NCBI GenBank assembly: GCA_963838955.1
Contig: CAWISZ010000003.1
Location: 341,121-405,120 of the forward strand
Reading direction: 5' to 3'
DNA from: an uncultured Thermoplasmata archaeon
Lineage (GTDB): Archaea > Thermoplasmatota > Thermoplasmata > Lutacidiplasmatales > UBA184
Length of the DNA stretch: 64,000 bases
The translations under genes and the position numbers were made by a program. The notes under the pieces are model-generated. The model was given only the letters and a program-made list of their open reading frames with translations. It was not told the origin of the DNA and did no database searches. The stretch's first letter is position 1. Every line of letters begins with the position of its first letter. Positions 1 through 9,264 of this stretch are shown here, piece by piece.

Positions 1-184
1 CCGCCGCGACCACCCGATCCCCGGTCGGGTCGTAGGTGATGATCGTGACGTAGACGCGTTGGGCCGTGATGCGGACGACGGCCCGTGGACGGCCCGAGCG
101 CAACAGCTTGAGCCGGGTGCGATAATCGGTGCGGCCCTCCCGGCGGCGTCGGAAACGGACCCGGAAGCGAGGGCCCGTGCTCAT
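1..184 (-). CDS. rpl18: 50S ribosomal protein L18 (uL18), N-terminal part; gene runs off the window start
   Basis: Minus-strand translation from the ATG at 184 reads [28 protein letters not shown], a typical archaeal L18 N-terminus. It lies directly downstream of L19e, as in the canonical operon. Confidence 0.8.
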   Translation of the reverse strand, partial: MSTGPRFRVRFRRRREGRTDYRTRLKLLRSGRPRAVVRITAQRVYVTIITYDPTGDRVVAA

Positions 185-645
185 GACTTCGCCTCCGCGG
201 CGAGGTGGCCGGCGAGCCGCAAGTTCAACAAGAGGTGGGCGCGACTTCGGTACATGCCGCCCTTCGCCTGCCGGTAGTACCGGCGGTAGATCGCCGGGGT
301 GATGCGCTGGTCCGCCCGTAGGGTGGCGAGGAGCTCGCGTTGCGGTCGGATCCGGCGCATCCAGCGCTCCTTCTTGGTCGACCGGGAGAGCGGGCTTCCG
401 CGGCGCGAACCCGGGCCCTGGTGGCGTCCCTTCGCGACCTCGGCCGCGTAGCGGCGCGCCCGAGCCCGGGAGGTGCCTTGGATCGCCCTGCGCCGGATCG
501 CTCCGGATTTGATCGCCGTCCGGATATCCTGGCGCGTGACCGAGTCGGAGACCTCCTGCTCGCGCGCGGGGTCGATCCAGACGCGTCCGCTACCGCACTT
601 GAGCAGTATGGAGGCGAGTCGGCGCTGGTTCGAGAGATCGGGCAA
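181..645 (-). CDS. rpl19e: 50S ribosomal protein L19e
   Basis: The 154-aa ORF starts [26 protein letters not shown], the L19e signature. Its operon position between L32e and L18 fits. Confidence 0.9.
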   Translation of the reverse strand: MPDLSNQRRLASILLKCGSGRVWIDPAREQEVSDSVTRQDIRTAIKSGAIRRRAIQGTSRARARRYAAEVAKGRHQGPGSRRGSPLSRSTKKERWMRRIRPQRELLATLRADQRITPAIYRRYYRQAKGGMYRSRAHLLLNLRLAGHLAAEAKS

Positions 646-649
646 CGCT

Positions 650-1234
650 CTACTCCTCCCCTTCGGGAGTGGCGATCGGGTTGAGCACGTGGATGCCGAG
701 GCGCCGGGCCGTCTCTTCGAGCGTCAGGCGCCGGCGCGTGCCCACGGTCCGCGCGATGATGGCGGCATCCTTGGTCGCGTCGAGCTTCTCGAGCTCGCCG
801 GTCGTCCGGATGATGATCGGGCGGAAGCCGCTCGGGACCAGGCCACGAACCTTCGCCGGGGAGCGGTAGCCGACCCGGACGATGTTGGAACGGTAACCGT
901 AGTGGCGGCGCTGCTTGGACTGGAGACCCCGGGGGCGGCGCCAACTCTCATCGCGGCCGATCCGGTAGTACCGGTGCGCGGCTTGGCGGACGAACAGCGG
1001 CCGGTGCGTGTCGAGCTCCCGCCGCAGGCGGAGGAGCTTCGCCGACTCCGGATCGAGCGTCGCCCGCTTCGGGGCGCGCGGCGTGTCGGGCTCCCCGCTC
1101 GTGACGGCCATCGCGGCCGCGGGTACGATCTCCTTCTTCTCCTCGGCCGGCGGGGCCGCCCGGATGCGGCGCCGGCGCTTCGGCGCGGGCGCCTCTTCCG
1201 GCTCGGGCGCGGTCACGGGGTCGTCCGGCGTCAC
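650..1234 (-). CDS. rpl32e: 50S ribosomal protein L32e, with N-terminal extension; GTG start overlapping the L6 stop
   Basis: The C-terminal 140 aa (…PLFVRQAAHRYYRIGRDESWRRPRGLQSKQRRHYGYRSNIVRVGYRSP…) match L32e. The first in-frame start not inside L6 is the GTG at 1234, which forms a GTGA overlap with the L6 stop. The upstream part of the 309-aa ORF overlaps L6 and is rejected. Confidence 0.75.
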   Translation of the reverse strand: MTPDDPVTAPEPEEAPAPKRRRRIRAAPPAEEKKEIVPAAAMAVTSGEPDTPRAPKRATLDPESAKLLRLRRELDTHRPLFVRQAAHRYYRIGRDESWRRPRGLQSKQRRHYGYRSNIVRVGYRSPAKVRGLVPSGFRPIIIRTTGELEKLDATKDAAIIARTVGTRRRLTLEETARRLGIHVLNPIATPEGEE

Positions 1235-1791
1235 GCTTCCGCTCCCTTGAGATGGGCGTGCTCGGTGAGGTAGATGCCGTCCTGAAAGACGCGGGGATCG
1301 TAATTGCGGATGTGCGTCGCGCGCTCGATGTTGGCGGCGCTCTGCCCGACCTGCTCGACGTCGTAGCCGGAGAGGATCACGATGTCCCCCTCGACGGCCG
1401 CCTTCGTGCCGGGGCGCAACGGGGCGGTGCGCGGGTACTTCTCGCCGAGGAAGTTCTCGATGATGAGCTCCTGGCCCTTCACCACGACCTTCATCGGGAA
1501 GTGCGCGGCCACGACCTTCATCTTCGCTTCGACCCCGAGCGTGAGGCCCCCGGCGAGATTCTTCAGGTGCGCCGCCCACGTCGCGAGCAGCGAGCGGGAC
1601 TGCTTGCGCCCGGGAGGCAGCTTGAGTGTGAGGGTGGCCTTTCCGTCGGCGACTACGAGGCCGAGCGCGTCGCTCGGGAACGGCCGTTCGATCTGACCGA
1701 GCGGGCCCTTCGCCTTCAGGAGGCCGCGCTCTACCTCGAGCCGGACCCCGGCGGGCAGCGCGACTACGGCCTCGGTGGTCTCAGTAGACAT
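1231..1791 (-). CDS. rpl6: 50S ribosomal protein L6 (uL6)
   Basis: 186 aa with the two-domain L6 pattern (…PLGQIERPFPSDALGLVVADGKATLTLKLPPGRKQ…), in the expected operon position. Confidence 0.9.
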   Translation of the reverse strand: MSTETTEAVVALPAGVRLEVERGLLKAKGPLGQIERPFPSDALGLVVADGKATLTLKLPPGRKQSRSLLATWAAHLKNLAGGLTLGVEAKMKVVAAHFPMKVVVKGQELIIENFLGEKYPRTAPLRPGTKAAVEGDIVILSGYDVEQVGQSAANIERATHIRNYDPRVFQDGIYLTEHAHLKGAEA

Positions 1792-2170
1792 ACGCGATGA
1801 GCCTCCCCCCGAGCTTGAGCTCTCGGGCCTGCTGGTGGGTGATCACTCCGCGGTTCGTGGAGAGGACAAGGAGACCGAAGTCTTGGGCCGGCAGGAAGCG
1901 GGACTCGTAGCGCTCGAGCTCGCGGTGCGGGACCGAGATCCGCGGCTTGATGACGCCGCAGGAGTTGATGCGCCGGGAGAGCTTGACGTCGTACTTGCCG
2001 CCACGGCCGGTGGGCACGAACGTGAACTCCTCCACGTAGTGGTGCTCGCGCAGGATGCGCAGCACCTCGCCGATGAGGTGGGAGGCCGGCGCCAGCGCCA
2101 CCTCTCCCTTTCCATGCTGATCGGCATGGCGGAGGGTGACGAGCGCATCGTTGAGTAGATCGTGACGCAT
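1781..2170 (-). CDS. rps8: 30S ribosomal protein S8 (uS8)
   Basis: 129 aa starting MRHDLLNDALVTLRHADQHGKGEV, which is S8-like. Correct operon position. Confidence 0.9.
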   Translation of the reverse strand: MRHDLLNDALVTLRHADQHGKGEVALAPASHLIGEVLRILREHHYVEEFTFVPTGRGGKYDVKLSRRINSCGVIKPRISVPHRELERYESRFLPAQDFGLLVLSTNRGVITHQQARELKLGGRLIAYVY

Positions 2171-2181
2171 GATCGGCTACC

Positions 2182-2331
2182 TCACTGGTACTTCCGGAAC
2201 CCCAGGTCGACCGCGACCTCGCGGAAGCACTGACGGCAGACATGCAGGCCGTAGCGCCGGACGATGCCGCGCTTGCGGTCGCACCGCAGGCAGCCTTCCT
2301 TCCGCCCGAACTCCTTCTTGGGTTTCGACAT
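2182..2331 (-). CDS. rps14: 30S ribosomal protein S14 type Z (zinc-binding)
   Basis: A 49-aa ORF I translated by hand (below the 60-aa cutoff of the track): [49 protein letters not shown]. It has the CxxC…CxxC motif and sits between L5 and S8. Confidence 0.85.
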   Translation of the reverse strand: MSKPKKEFGRKEGCLRCDRKRGIVRRYGLHVCRQCFREVAVDLGFRKYQ

Positions 2332-2336
2332 CGCTC

Positions 2337-2891
2337 TCACTCCACGAACGTCACTTGGAAGGTCGCCGTGAGGTACGCTCGGGTATCGGCCTTGGTCGAT
2401 CGCAGGCGCTTAGGGATCGGGCGGGCGGAGACGGCGCGCTCTCGCACCCCGTAGCCGGAGCGGCCGAGCTCGACCGCGATGTCCATCCCGTGGATGCCGA
2501 TCTCGGGATCGTACTTCATCCCCGTGAAGTCGGTGTAGTCGCCGATCCCGAAGGAGAAGTTCCCATTGCGATCGATCGAGTCCGGATCGAGCTGGCGGTC
2601 GCGGGCCTCGAAGGCCCGGTTCAGGAAGTCGAAGGCCGAGGCACCGCGGAGCGTCACCTTCGCCCCGATCTCCTGACCGGCGCGGATGCCGAAGTCGCGG
2701 TTCGTCGAATGCGAACGGGTGGCGATCGGCTTCTGGTGCGTGATCATCTGGAGGACCCGCTCGGCCTTCTGGCGCGGCTCCCCGGATTGACCGACGCCGG
2801 CGTTGACCACGACCTTGATGATCCGGACGGCCCGGTTGACGTTCTCCATCGTGGGGGCTTTCGCGGCGACGGTCGGGGAGGATGCGCTCAT
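2337..2891 (-). CDS. rpl5: 50S ribosomal protein L5 (uL5); the start may be the internal ATG at 2849
   Basis: …[24 protein letters not shown]…[33 protein letters not shown]… matches L5. The ATG at 2891 gives a 4-nt overlap with the S4e stop. Confidence 0.85.
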   Translation of the reverse strand: MSASSPTVAAKAPTMENVNRAVRIIKVVVNAGVGQSGEPRQKAERVLQMITHQKPIATRSHSTNRDFGIRAGQEIGAKVTLRGASAFDFLNRAFEARDRQLDPDSIDRNGNFSFGIGDYTDFTGMKYDPEIGIHGMDIAVELGRSGYGVRERAVSARPIPKRLRSTKADTRAYLTATFQVTFVE

Positions 2892-3603
2892 CGGTCGAGG
2901 CCCTCCGCGATCGTCACTTGGGGCGAGGTCTCGCCCACGATAAACACGTAGTCTTTGATGGTCGAGAAACCTTCCTTGAAATGGACGAGATTGGGCTGGG
3001 AAGAGTTGCGGACCTCGACGCGCTCTACGCGGGCGGTCTCCCCGACGTGGCTACCGCCAGCGAGGAACGCGAGCTGCCCCGGTGCGAGCGGGAGGTGCCG
3101 GACGATCGTCTGGCTCGGGATCTCGATCTGGAGCGAGTCTCCGACCCGGTAGGGAGAGTTGGCGGGGACCACGATCGTGCGGCCGTCGTGCAGGGTCATC
3201 CCGACTTTGCCGGTCCGGATCGCGTGCTTGAACCGGACGCGTCCGAGCTTGACGGACGCCTCGGCGGGTGGGATCGTCACGAGGGTGAGCCTGCCCCGAC
3301 GGTCCTTCACGACCCGCGCGTGCGCATCGAGCGGCGCGGCGAGGGAGAGCACGTCCATGAGACCGAGACCGCGCGAGAGATCGTGGACGACCTTCCCATC
3401 GACCTTGACGACGCCCGAGTTCACGAGGATGCGAGCCTCGCGCTCGTTGCGGACCAGGTGGCGGAGGTCCCGAAGGACGATCACGAGCGGGATCGACTGG
3501 TCCTGAGCGTGCGGCCCGGGGCCGGCCGCCGGATCCACTTCGTTCCCTTGCGGGGAACCGGCCAGGTCCGCGGGGCCGCCCGGCGCTTCATCCGGCGCGT
3601 CAT
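2888..3603 (-). CDS. rps4e: 30S ribosomal protein S4e, interrupted by a 1-nt frameshift near 3513 (possible sequencing error or pseudogene)
   Basis: The ATG at 3603 (ATGA overlap with the L24 stop) gives MTRRMKRRAAPRTWPVPRKGTKWIRRPAPG, the conserved S4e N-terminus, then runs into a stop at 3481. The S4e body (PHAQDQSIPLVIVLRDLRHLVRNEREARILVN…) continues in another frame to 2888. The two frames join exactly at the conserved RPSPGPH motif. Confidence 0.8.
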
Positions 3604-4430
3604 GCGTCGTCGCCCTCCTTCGGCGGGCGGGACTTGCTTCGGGTCTTGGCCGGCGCTCGGGGTTTCTCCTCCGAGGAAGCCGCATCGCCCGGGCTCTCTC
3701 CGGCGATCTCCCTCTCTTCCTCGTCCTTGGGCGCCTTCTTGTGGGTTCGGACCGCCTTCGCGTTGGGCCCGTACTCTTCCTTCTCGGCCGACTCGAAGAA
3801 GGCCGTCTCCTTCGGTGTGAGCTTCATCTCGCCGCGCCCGGAGCCCTCGCTCGGGGCGCCGGGTGCTCCTTTCTCGGGGGTCTTGCGCGCGGGCGCCTCT
3901 TCCTCCGTTCCGGCATCCGCGAGGAACTCGCGCTCGGCTTCGGTGAGATGCATGTCCTCCTCGGGCTCCGGGAGGGCGTGAGCCGGGGGGGCCGCCGCCG
4001 CCCCGCCCTCGGCGGCCGCCGCCGGCGCCTCGGGAACGGTGCCGAGCTCCTCGGGGGTCAGTTCCTCTTCGCGGACGCTCAGGATCCGACGTCGCCACGC
4101 GTCCGAAAGGTTGAGCTTCGTGAGCAGGAGCTGGCCGGTCCGGATCGGGAGCGGCTTCTGCTTCTGCTCGCCCGTCTTCAGCGTGATGTTGTTGAGGATG
4201 ACGGAGTAGCTGCGCCGATCGACCTTCGCCACGCGCTCCTCGCTCCCGACGTAGCTCCCCGACAGAATGCGCACGGTGTCGCCCTTGCGGACGGGGACCG
4301 AGCGGCAGTGGAAGCGCGCCCGCAACTCGCGCGAGAGCGGGACCGACATCCGCCGGCGGCGGTGGAAGGAGTCCGCGGTGTACAGCGCCTTGCGCTGTCG
4401 GCGGGGTGCGCTGGAAGATTGATGTGCCAT
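3600..4430 (-). CDS. rpl24: 50S ribosomal protein L24 (uL24) with a roughly 150-aa low-complexity acidic C-terminal extension
   Basis: The N-terminal roughly 125 aa form a KOW-type L24 (…RSVPVRKGDTVRILSGSYVGSEERVAKVDRRSYSVILNNITLKTGEQ…). The ORF continues in frame, with no stop, through a tail rich in A, E, P and K to 3600. Confidence 0.85.
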   Translation of the reverse strand: MAHQSSSAPRRQRKALYTADSFHRRRRMSVPLSRELRARFHCRSVPVRKGDTVRILSGSYVGSEERVAKVDRRSYSVILNNITLKTGEQKQKPLPIRTGQLLLTKLNLSDAWRRRILSVREEELTPEELGTVPEAPAAAAEGGAAAAPPAHALPEPEEDMHLTEAEREFLADAGTEEEAPARKTPEKGAPGAPSEGSGRGEMKLTPKETAFFESAEKEEYGPNAKAVRTHKKAPKDEEEREIAGESPGDAASSEEKPRAPAKTRSKSRPPKEGDDA

Positions 4431-4439
4431 GAAACCCTC

Positions 4440-4838
4440 CTAGACGATGATCGACGAGGCCGCGGCCACGCGCGACCAGCGTTCGGCGGCCTCCTTTGCC
4501 ACCGGCCCCTTGATCTGGGATCCCTTCAACTCGCCGGTCTCGGTCGTGATCACGGCGGCGTTGTCCTCGAATTGCACGCGCGTCCCGTCGGCCCGCCGGA
4601 TCGGCGAACGCGAGCGCACGATGACGGCGTGCAGGACCTGGCGTCGCATCTCGGGCGTCCCCTTCTTGACGGAGACGATCACCAGGTCGGCGATCCCCGC
4701 TCGCGGGTAGCGGCGGTGGGTGCCGTGCCAATTGTGCACGGCGATGATCTCGACGATCTTTGCGCCGGTATTGTCCGCGCAGTCCAGGCGCGCGCCCTTC
4801 GGGAGGCCGCGTCCCCGACGACCGGCGACGCCCTTCAT
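4440..4838 (-). CDS. rpl14: 50S ribosomal protein L14 (uL14)
   Basis: [34 protein letters not shown]… is L14. The start at 4838 overlaps the S17 end. Confidence 0.9.
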   Translation of the reverse strand: MKGVAGRRGRGLPKGARLDCADNTGAKIVEIIAVHNWHGTHRRYPRAGIADLVIVSVKKGTPEMRRQVLHAVIVRSRSPIRRADGTRVQFEDNAAVITTETGELKGSQIKGPVAKEAAERWSRVAAASSIIV

Positions 4839-5260
4839 GCTTCCTCCTTGACCGGAGGGCTCGGCTCGGGCACGACGGCTTCCTCGCCCTTCACCTGCTG
4901 GGCGGCCTGGCCCAGGTCCTCGACGATGCAGAAACTGACGAGCTTCGAGAGCGGTCGGGTCTCGGCGATCCGGACCTTGTGTCCGACCACGACCCCGAGG
5001 CAAGGAGGAGAGTGCGCGAGGTAGCGGCGGCGGCGCTTCTCGTAGCGTTCGTACTTCGGCACGCGGGTGAGCAGCGTGCGTTCGACCACCGCGGTCCGTT
5101 GCATCGCCGTGGAGACCACGGTCCCCTCCAGGACCTGGCCGCGGATGGACAGGCGTCCGTGGAACGGACAGTGCTGATCGTCGCAGTTCTGCTTTGGTGC
5201 GCGGACGTCGAGACCGATGTCCCGGGCGCGTCGGGTGCGGGAAACTGGAGTGGGGCTCAT
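4835..5260 (-). CDS. rps17: 30S ribosomal protein S17 (uS17)
   Basis: …[25 protein letters not shown]…[15 protein letters not shown]… is archaeal S17, followed by a short acidic tail. Confidence 0.9.
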   Translation of the reverse strand: MSPTPVSRTRRARDIGLDVRAPKQNCDDQHCPFHGRLSIRGQVLEGTVVSTAMQRTAVVERTLLTRVPKYERYEKRRRRYLAHSPPCLGVVVGHKVRIAETRPLSKLVSFCIVEDLGQAAQQVKGEEAVVPEPSPPVKEEA

Positions 5261-5589
5261 CGGATCCTCCGGGAACCGCTGGCGAGGATGCGCTTGGTGC
5301 GGTCCTGGGGTCGGACGCGAAGGTTGTCGCCTATTAACGGTAACTCGCGTTCGCCGATGAAGATCGTCCCGCGCAGCCCGGGCTTGGGCAGGCAGACGAC
5401 GCGGCCATGGTCGGCGAGCCGAACCGTGAAGGTGTGCATCGACTCATCGACGATCGTGCCGCGCAGCGGGAGCGCGTGGATTCCCGGCGCGCGATCGACC
5501 GAGATGGCGGCCCCGAGGATCTCCCCGGCGAGCGTGGCGCGGTCGGCACCCGTGAGCTCTCCCTCGCCGATCATCGTCATTGCACTCAA
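5257..5589 (-). CDS. rnp1: Ribonuclease P protein component 1 (Rpp29/Rnp1)
   Basis: 110 aa between L29 and S17, the canonical position. …[39 protein letters not shown]…[16 protein letters not shown] resembles the archaeal Rpp29 Sm-like fold. Confidence 0.65.
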   Translation of the reverse strand: MSAMTMIGEGELTGADRATLAGEILGAAISVDRAPGIHALPLRGTIVDESMHTFTVRLADHGRVVCLPKPGLRGTIFIGERELPLIGDNLRVRPQDRTKRILASGSRRIR

Positions 5590-5819
5590 CCGCTCGCGTT
5601 CGGTTCGGCGGAAGTAGGAGCGAGGTGGCGCTCCTGGAGCACGGTCAGGGCCCGGGCGACGTTGGTCCGCAGCGCGCGCATCTTCCCCGGACTCGGGGGG
5701 GCGCCTCCCATGGCGGCGATTCCGCGCTCGCGCAAGAGATCGCCTTCGGCATCGGAGATGCGGCGGCGCAGCTCGTCGTCCGTGAGCGCCCGCAGGTCCT
5801 TCATCCTCTGGAGCGTCAC
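5586..5819 (-). CDS. rpl29: 50S ribosomal protein L29 (uL29)
   Basis: MTLQRMKDLRALTDDELRRRISDAEGDLLRER is the L29 helix signature. Correct position. Confidence 0.85.
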   Translation of the reverse strand: MTLQRMKDLRALTDDELRRRISDAEGDLLRERGIAAMGGAPPSPGKMRALRTNVARALTVLQERHLAPTSAEPNASG

Positions 5820-6526
5820 GTGGGTTCCTCCGGCCCTACCTGGGCCGCCGCAACCGCGGGGCCGGGTCCGGGGGGCAGGTCGGCGCCATCGATCGGCGGA
5901 AGTTCGATCGGCGCGGGCACCGGTCGGGTCTCCACGCCCTTGACCTTGATCTCGTCGGGGAGCTTGGCGTTCGCCCGCATGATCCAGACGTTGACACCGA
6001 TGACCCCGGGCTTGAGGCGGGCCTGGTAGAACCCCTTACCCATCCACAAGTGCACGGCCTCACCGCAGTATTTGATCGTCCCGGCTTTGAACCGTTCGGT
6101 ACGGTGGCGCTCGCCCGTCAACTTCCCGGAGAGGATGACCTGGCAGCCCCGCGCACCGGATTCCATGATGCGGCGGACGGTCGAATGTCCGGCGCGACGG
6201 AAGTGCCAGCCGCGCTCGAGCGTCGAGGCGAGCTTCTCGGCCATGAGCTGGGCATTGAGGGACGGGTTGCGTTCCTCCTGGACCTCGATCTGAGGGTTGT
6301 CGAGCTTGAACCGGGCCTGGATGTCCTCGGTCAGCCGCTTGATGAGCTCCCCGCGCCGCCCGATGAGGATGCCGGGGCGTTCGCAGATCAGCGTGACGCG
6401 CGTGCCCATCGGAGTGCGCTGGATGTCGAGCCCGCCGAAGCCGGCGCGCGCGCTCTCGCCGACGAGATAGTCCTTGAGCAGGACCCGACGCGTCGCCTCC
6501 TCGATGACCTTGCGTTCGGCGCTCAC
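5816..6526 (-). CDS. rps3: 30S ribosomal protein S3 (uS3)
   Basis: 236 aa with a KH domain (…GILIGRRGELIKRLTEDIQARF…) and the S3 C-terminal domain. Confidence 0.9.
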   Translation of the reverse strand: MSAERKVIEEATRRVLLKDYLVGESARAGFGGLDIQRTPMGTRVTLICERPGILIGRRGELIKRLTEDIQARFKLDNPQIEVQEERNPSLNAQLMAEKLASTLERGWHFRRAGHSTVRRIMESGARGCQVILSGKLTGERHRTERFKAGTIKYCGEAVHLWMGKGFYQARLKPGVIGVNVWIMRANAKLPDEIKVKGVETRPVPAPIELPPIDGADLPPGPGPAVAAAQVGPEEPT

Positions 6527-6527
6527 C

Positions 6528-6983
6528 CTAGACCTCCTTGCGCTCGGCCAGAACGATCTCGATGTGGGTCGTCTGCTCGTTCCAAGGCGTTGCGCGACCG
6601 TGAGCGCGCGGCATCGACGCCTTCAGGATCCGGCCGCGGCTCGAAGCGGCGACCTTGACGTAGAGCCGGTCGGTGTCCAGGCTTTCGTACTCCGCGTTCG
6701 ATTCCGCGTTCCGCAGGATCTGCAGCACGTTCTTCGCGACCTTCTTCGGGAACCGGCCCGGTCCCACGCCGCGCTTGTGGCTCGTCTCCTGGTTGTAGCG
6801 CCGGAACGGGATCGCACGGCGGAGCTCGACGGCATCCTCGAGCACGGCGCGCGCGCGCTCGAGCGGGAGCCCGCGGATCGCGTTGAGGACCTCGTAGGTC
6901 TTCTTCGGAGAGATGGGGAGCTCGACGCCGCGGGCGCGAGCGACGCTCGTGCCGGCCTCGTCGCGGTAGGTGTAGCCTCGCAT
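6528..6983 (-). CDS. rpl22: 50S ribosomal protein L22 (uL22)
   Basis: …ISPKKTYEVLNAIRGLPLERARAVLEDAVELRRAIPFRRYN… is L22. Confidence 0.9.
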   Translation of the reverse strand: MRGYTYRDEAGTSVARARGVELPISPKKTYEVLNAIRGLPLERARAVLEDAVELRRAIPFRRYNQETSHKRGVGPGRFPKKVAKNVLQILRNAESNAEYESLDTDRLYVKVAASSRGRILKASMPRAHGRATPWNEQTTHIEIVLAERKEV

Positions 6984-6999
6984 CGTCCCGTTCCCTCCT

Positions 7000-7425
7000 C
7001 TACTTCAGTGGCATGAACTTCGACGACCGTGTAGCGCCGACTCCGGGTCCGGAGTGCTTCTCGAACCGGCGGGTCAGCGAGAACTCGCCGAAGTAGTGCC
7101 CGATCATCTCCGGGCGCAATTCGACTTCCTTGAACTCCTTGCCGTTGTAGATCGCGACCCGCCGGCCGATGTGCTCGGGGAGCACGAGGGCATCCCGACA
7201 ATGCGTCTTGAGCACCTTGTCGGGGGGCGTCTCACGCATCCGACCGAAGAAACGGGTCGTCTCGACATTGAACCCACGCCGGATCGACCGGCGCGCGCGG
7301 GCCGGAAGGACCTTCGCGAGCTCCTCGAGGTTCATCTCTTTCAGACGCGGCAGGGTGAATCCGCGGTAGGTGAATTCGCGCTTGCGGCGCGTCTCGACCT
7401 TCTTGATCTTCTTGGACCGTGCCAT
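7000..7425 (-). CDS. rps19: 30S ribosomal protein S19 (uS19)
   Basis: The internal ATG at 7425 gives MARSKKIKKVETRRKREFTYRGFTLPRLKEM…, archaeal S19. The upstream part of the 285-aa ORF overlaps L2. Confidence 0.9.
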   Translation of the reverse strand: MARSKKIKKVETRRKREFTYRGFTLPRLKEMNLEELAKVLPARARRSIRRGFNVETTRFFGRMRETPPDKVLKTHCRDALVLPEHIGRRVAIYNGKEFKEVELRPEMIGHYFGEFSLTRRFEKHSGPGVGATRSSKFMPLK

Positions 7426-7430
7426 GTTGC

Positions 7431-8164
7431 TTACACCGTCCCGGTATCGCGTCCGCGCACCCGGCGCTTCTTGCGCTGGGAACGGCTGAACCGACCGACC
7501 TTCGCCCCGGGCCACGTGCCGCTCGACACCGTGCTCGGTCGGCCGACGTGCTGGTGAGCGCCGCCGCCGAAGGGGTGGTTGACGGGGTTCATCGCGACCC
7601 CACGGACCTTCAGGGGAGCGCGCGCGAGGGAGCGTGTCGCGTGGAACTTCTTTCCGGCCTTGATGATCGGGCGTTCGAGTCGGCCGCCTCCGGCCACCGC
7701 TCCGACCTGCGCGCGGCAGGTGGTTAGGAACTGCTTGAACGCTCCCGAAGGGAGCTGCACCGTCACGAGCTTGCCCGCATGGGCCGTGACGAGAGCGCTC
7801 GTCCCGGCGGCCCGCACGAGGCGGCCTCCGTCGAACGGTTTGACCTCGAGGTTGCACACGAGCGTGCCGTCGGGGATCTCCCCGAGGGAGAGGAGTGCGC
7901 CGTGGGTGACCGGACCGCGATGGAGCGAGATCGCGTCGCCCGTGGCGATCCCCGCGCTCGCGATCGTGCGGATGACCTCCCCGCTCGGGGTGGAGATCTC
8001 GGCGACGGGGGCGGTGCGGCCGGGAGCGTGAACGATTCCGATGACCTTCCCCTCCCCGACGATCGAGGGCGAGGGATGGTAGATCGGGCCATGGTGCCGG
8101 TGGCTCGGGGAACGGTACGTCGGAGTGCCCGCGCCGCGGCGTCGGGAGATGATCCGCTTTCCCA
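7431..8164 (-). CDS. rpl2: 50S ribosomal protein L2 (uL2)
   Basis: MGKRIISRRRGAGTPTYRSPSHRH…GGGRLERPIIKAGKKFHATR…PVNHPFGGG… is L2. The start at 8164 overlaps the L23 stop (ATGA-like). Confidence 0.9.
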
Positions 8165-8428
8165 TTAGAACACCCCGGCTCGGCTGCCGATGTCCTCGGC
8201 CGAGAACTCCTTCTTGAACCGGACCGTGGCGATCTTGCCGGCCTTCACGATCTTGACGTTGACCTTGGCGACCTTGCACTGGTAGATCTGCTCGACCGCG
8301 CGCTTGACCTCGGCGCGCGTGGCGCGCTGGTCGACCTTGAACTCGAGCTTGTTCTGGCGTTCCATCTCGTCCATGGATTTTTCGGTCACGTAGGCGTGCA
8401 GGAGGATGCGGTGGCGCAGATCGCTCAT
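8165..8428 (-). CDS. rpl23: 50S ribosomal protein L23 (uL23)
   Basis: 87 aa, …ILLHAYVTEKSMDEMERQNKLEFKVDQRATRAEVKRAVEQIY…, the L23 pattern. Confidence 0.9.
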   Translation of the reverse strand: MSDLRHRILLHAYVTEKSMDEMERQNKLEFKVDQRATRAEVKRAVEQIYQCKVAKVNVKIVKAGKIATVRFKKEFSAEDIGSRAGVF

Positions 8429-9264
8429 GCGGCCGCCTCCCCGAGTCGGGAACGGAGCCCTTCGACCGCCGCGAGGGAGAAGAGCGTCATGCGGCCTGGG
8501 TCGCCCCCCGGAGCGAGGTCTTCCGTCGCAAGCCGTTGGACCGAGACCACCTCGACGCCCGCGAGGTTGCGGAAGCCGCGGGCCTGCCCCGGGCCGCTCG
8601 TGACCACGAGCACGCTGCGGGGGGTCCGTCGGACTCGACCGCGGAGCTTGCCGCGTCCTGCGCGAAGGTGGGAGTGGTCGCGCGCCCGTTCGATATCATC
8701 CCATAGGTGCAGCTTCTCCAGCACATCGCGGGCGGCCGCCGCGGTCATGACCGCCTCGACCGGGTCCTCGAGGACGAACGGGAGGTGGGTGTCCTTCGGG
8801 ACGCTGTGGCCCCGGGCTTCCGCGAGCGGGACGACCCGGGTGGCGGCGAGCGCGGACGCGAACGCGAGCCTGCGCTCCTTGACGTTGATCTTCTGGGCCC
8901 AGATCCGTTCGACCTTCGGTGGATGAGCGCGTCCGCCTCCGACCGTGTTCGGCGCCTGCGCGCCGGTCATCGAATCCATCAGTCGGGGCGAGCGCGAAAC
9001 CCCCTTGCCCTTACCCGACCAGCGCACCGAGTGTCGCCGGCCCGAGGTGAGTCCCGTCCCGTACGGCTGGCGCCGGTGGGAGCGGGCCGCAAGCACTGCG
9101 CGGCGGATGAGATCGACCCGAACCGGGACCGAGAAGGCGAGCGGTAGGTGGACCGTCGACTTCTCCTTCGGAGTGCCGTCCAGGCCGAACAGGTGAACTC
9201 GATGCTGGGGAAGATGGGGTGCGGAGGGAGCCGGGGAGCGCACCGGCGGCTCGGAAGCCGTCAT
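8425..9264 (-). CDS. rpl4: 50S ribosomal protein L4 (uL4)
   Basis: 279 aa, …RQPYGTGLTSGRRHSVRWSGKGKGVSRSPRL…, the L4/L1e family. Confidence 0.9.
   Translation of the reverse strand: MTASEPPVRSPAPSAPHLPQHRVHLFGLDGTPKEKSTVHLPLAFSVPVRVDLIRRAVLAARSHRRQPYGTGLTSGRRHSVRWSGKGKGVSRSPRLMDSMTGAQAPNTVGGGRAHPPKVERIWAQKINVKERRLAFASALAATRVVPLAEARGHSVPKDTHLPFVLEDPVEAVMTAAAARDVLEKLHLWDDIERARDHSHLRAGRGKLRGRVRRTPRSVLVVTSGPGQARGFRNLAGVEVVSVQRLATEDLAPGGDPGRMTLFSLAAVEGLRSRLGEAAA

Noticed and set aside
650-1579. A 309-aa ORF taken as a full-length L32e.
   Set aside because: Its first 115 codons overlap L6 in another frame with Arg/Gly-rich junk sequence. The GTG at 1234 gives a GTGA overlap with the L6 stop, the same junction style used across this operon.
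3481-4731. A 416-aa minus-strand ORF across L24 and L14, and many similar long ORFs (for example 225-944, 14450-15499, 16670-17785 and 32587-35808 as one 1073-aa protein).
   Set aside because: These are alternate-frame or antisense artefacts of high GC. Only the 3'-terminal 41 codons of 3481-4731 are real, as the S4e N-terminus. The 1073-aa ORF joins the trpE frame to out-of-frame reads of neighbouring genes.
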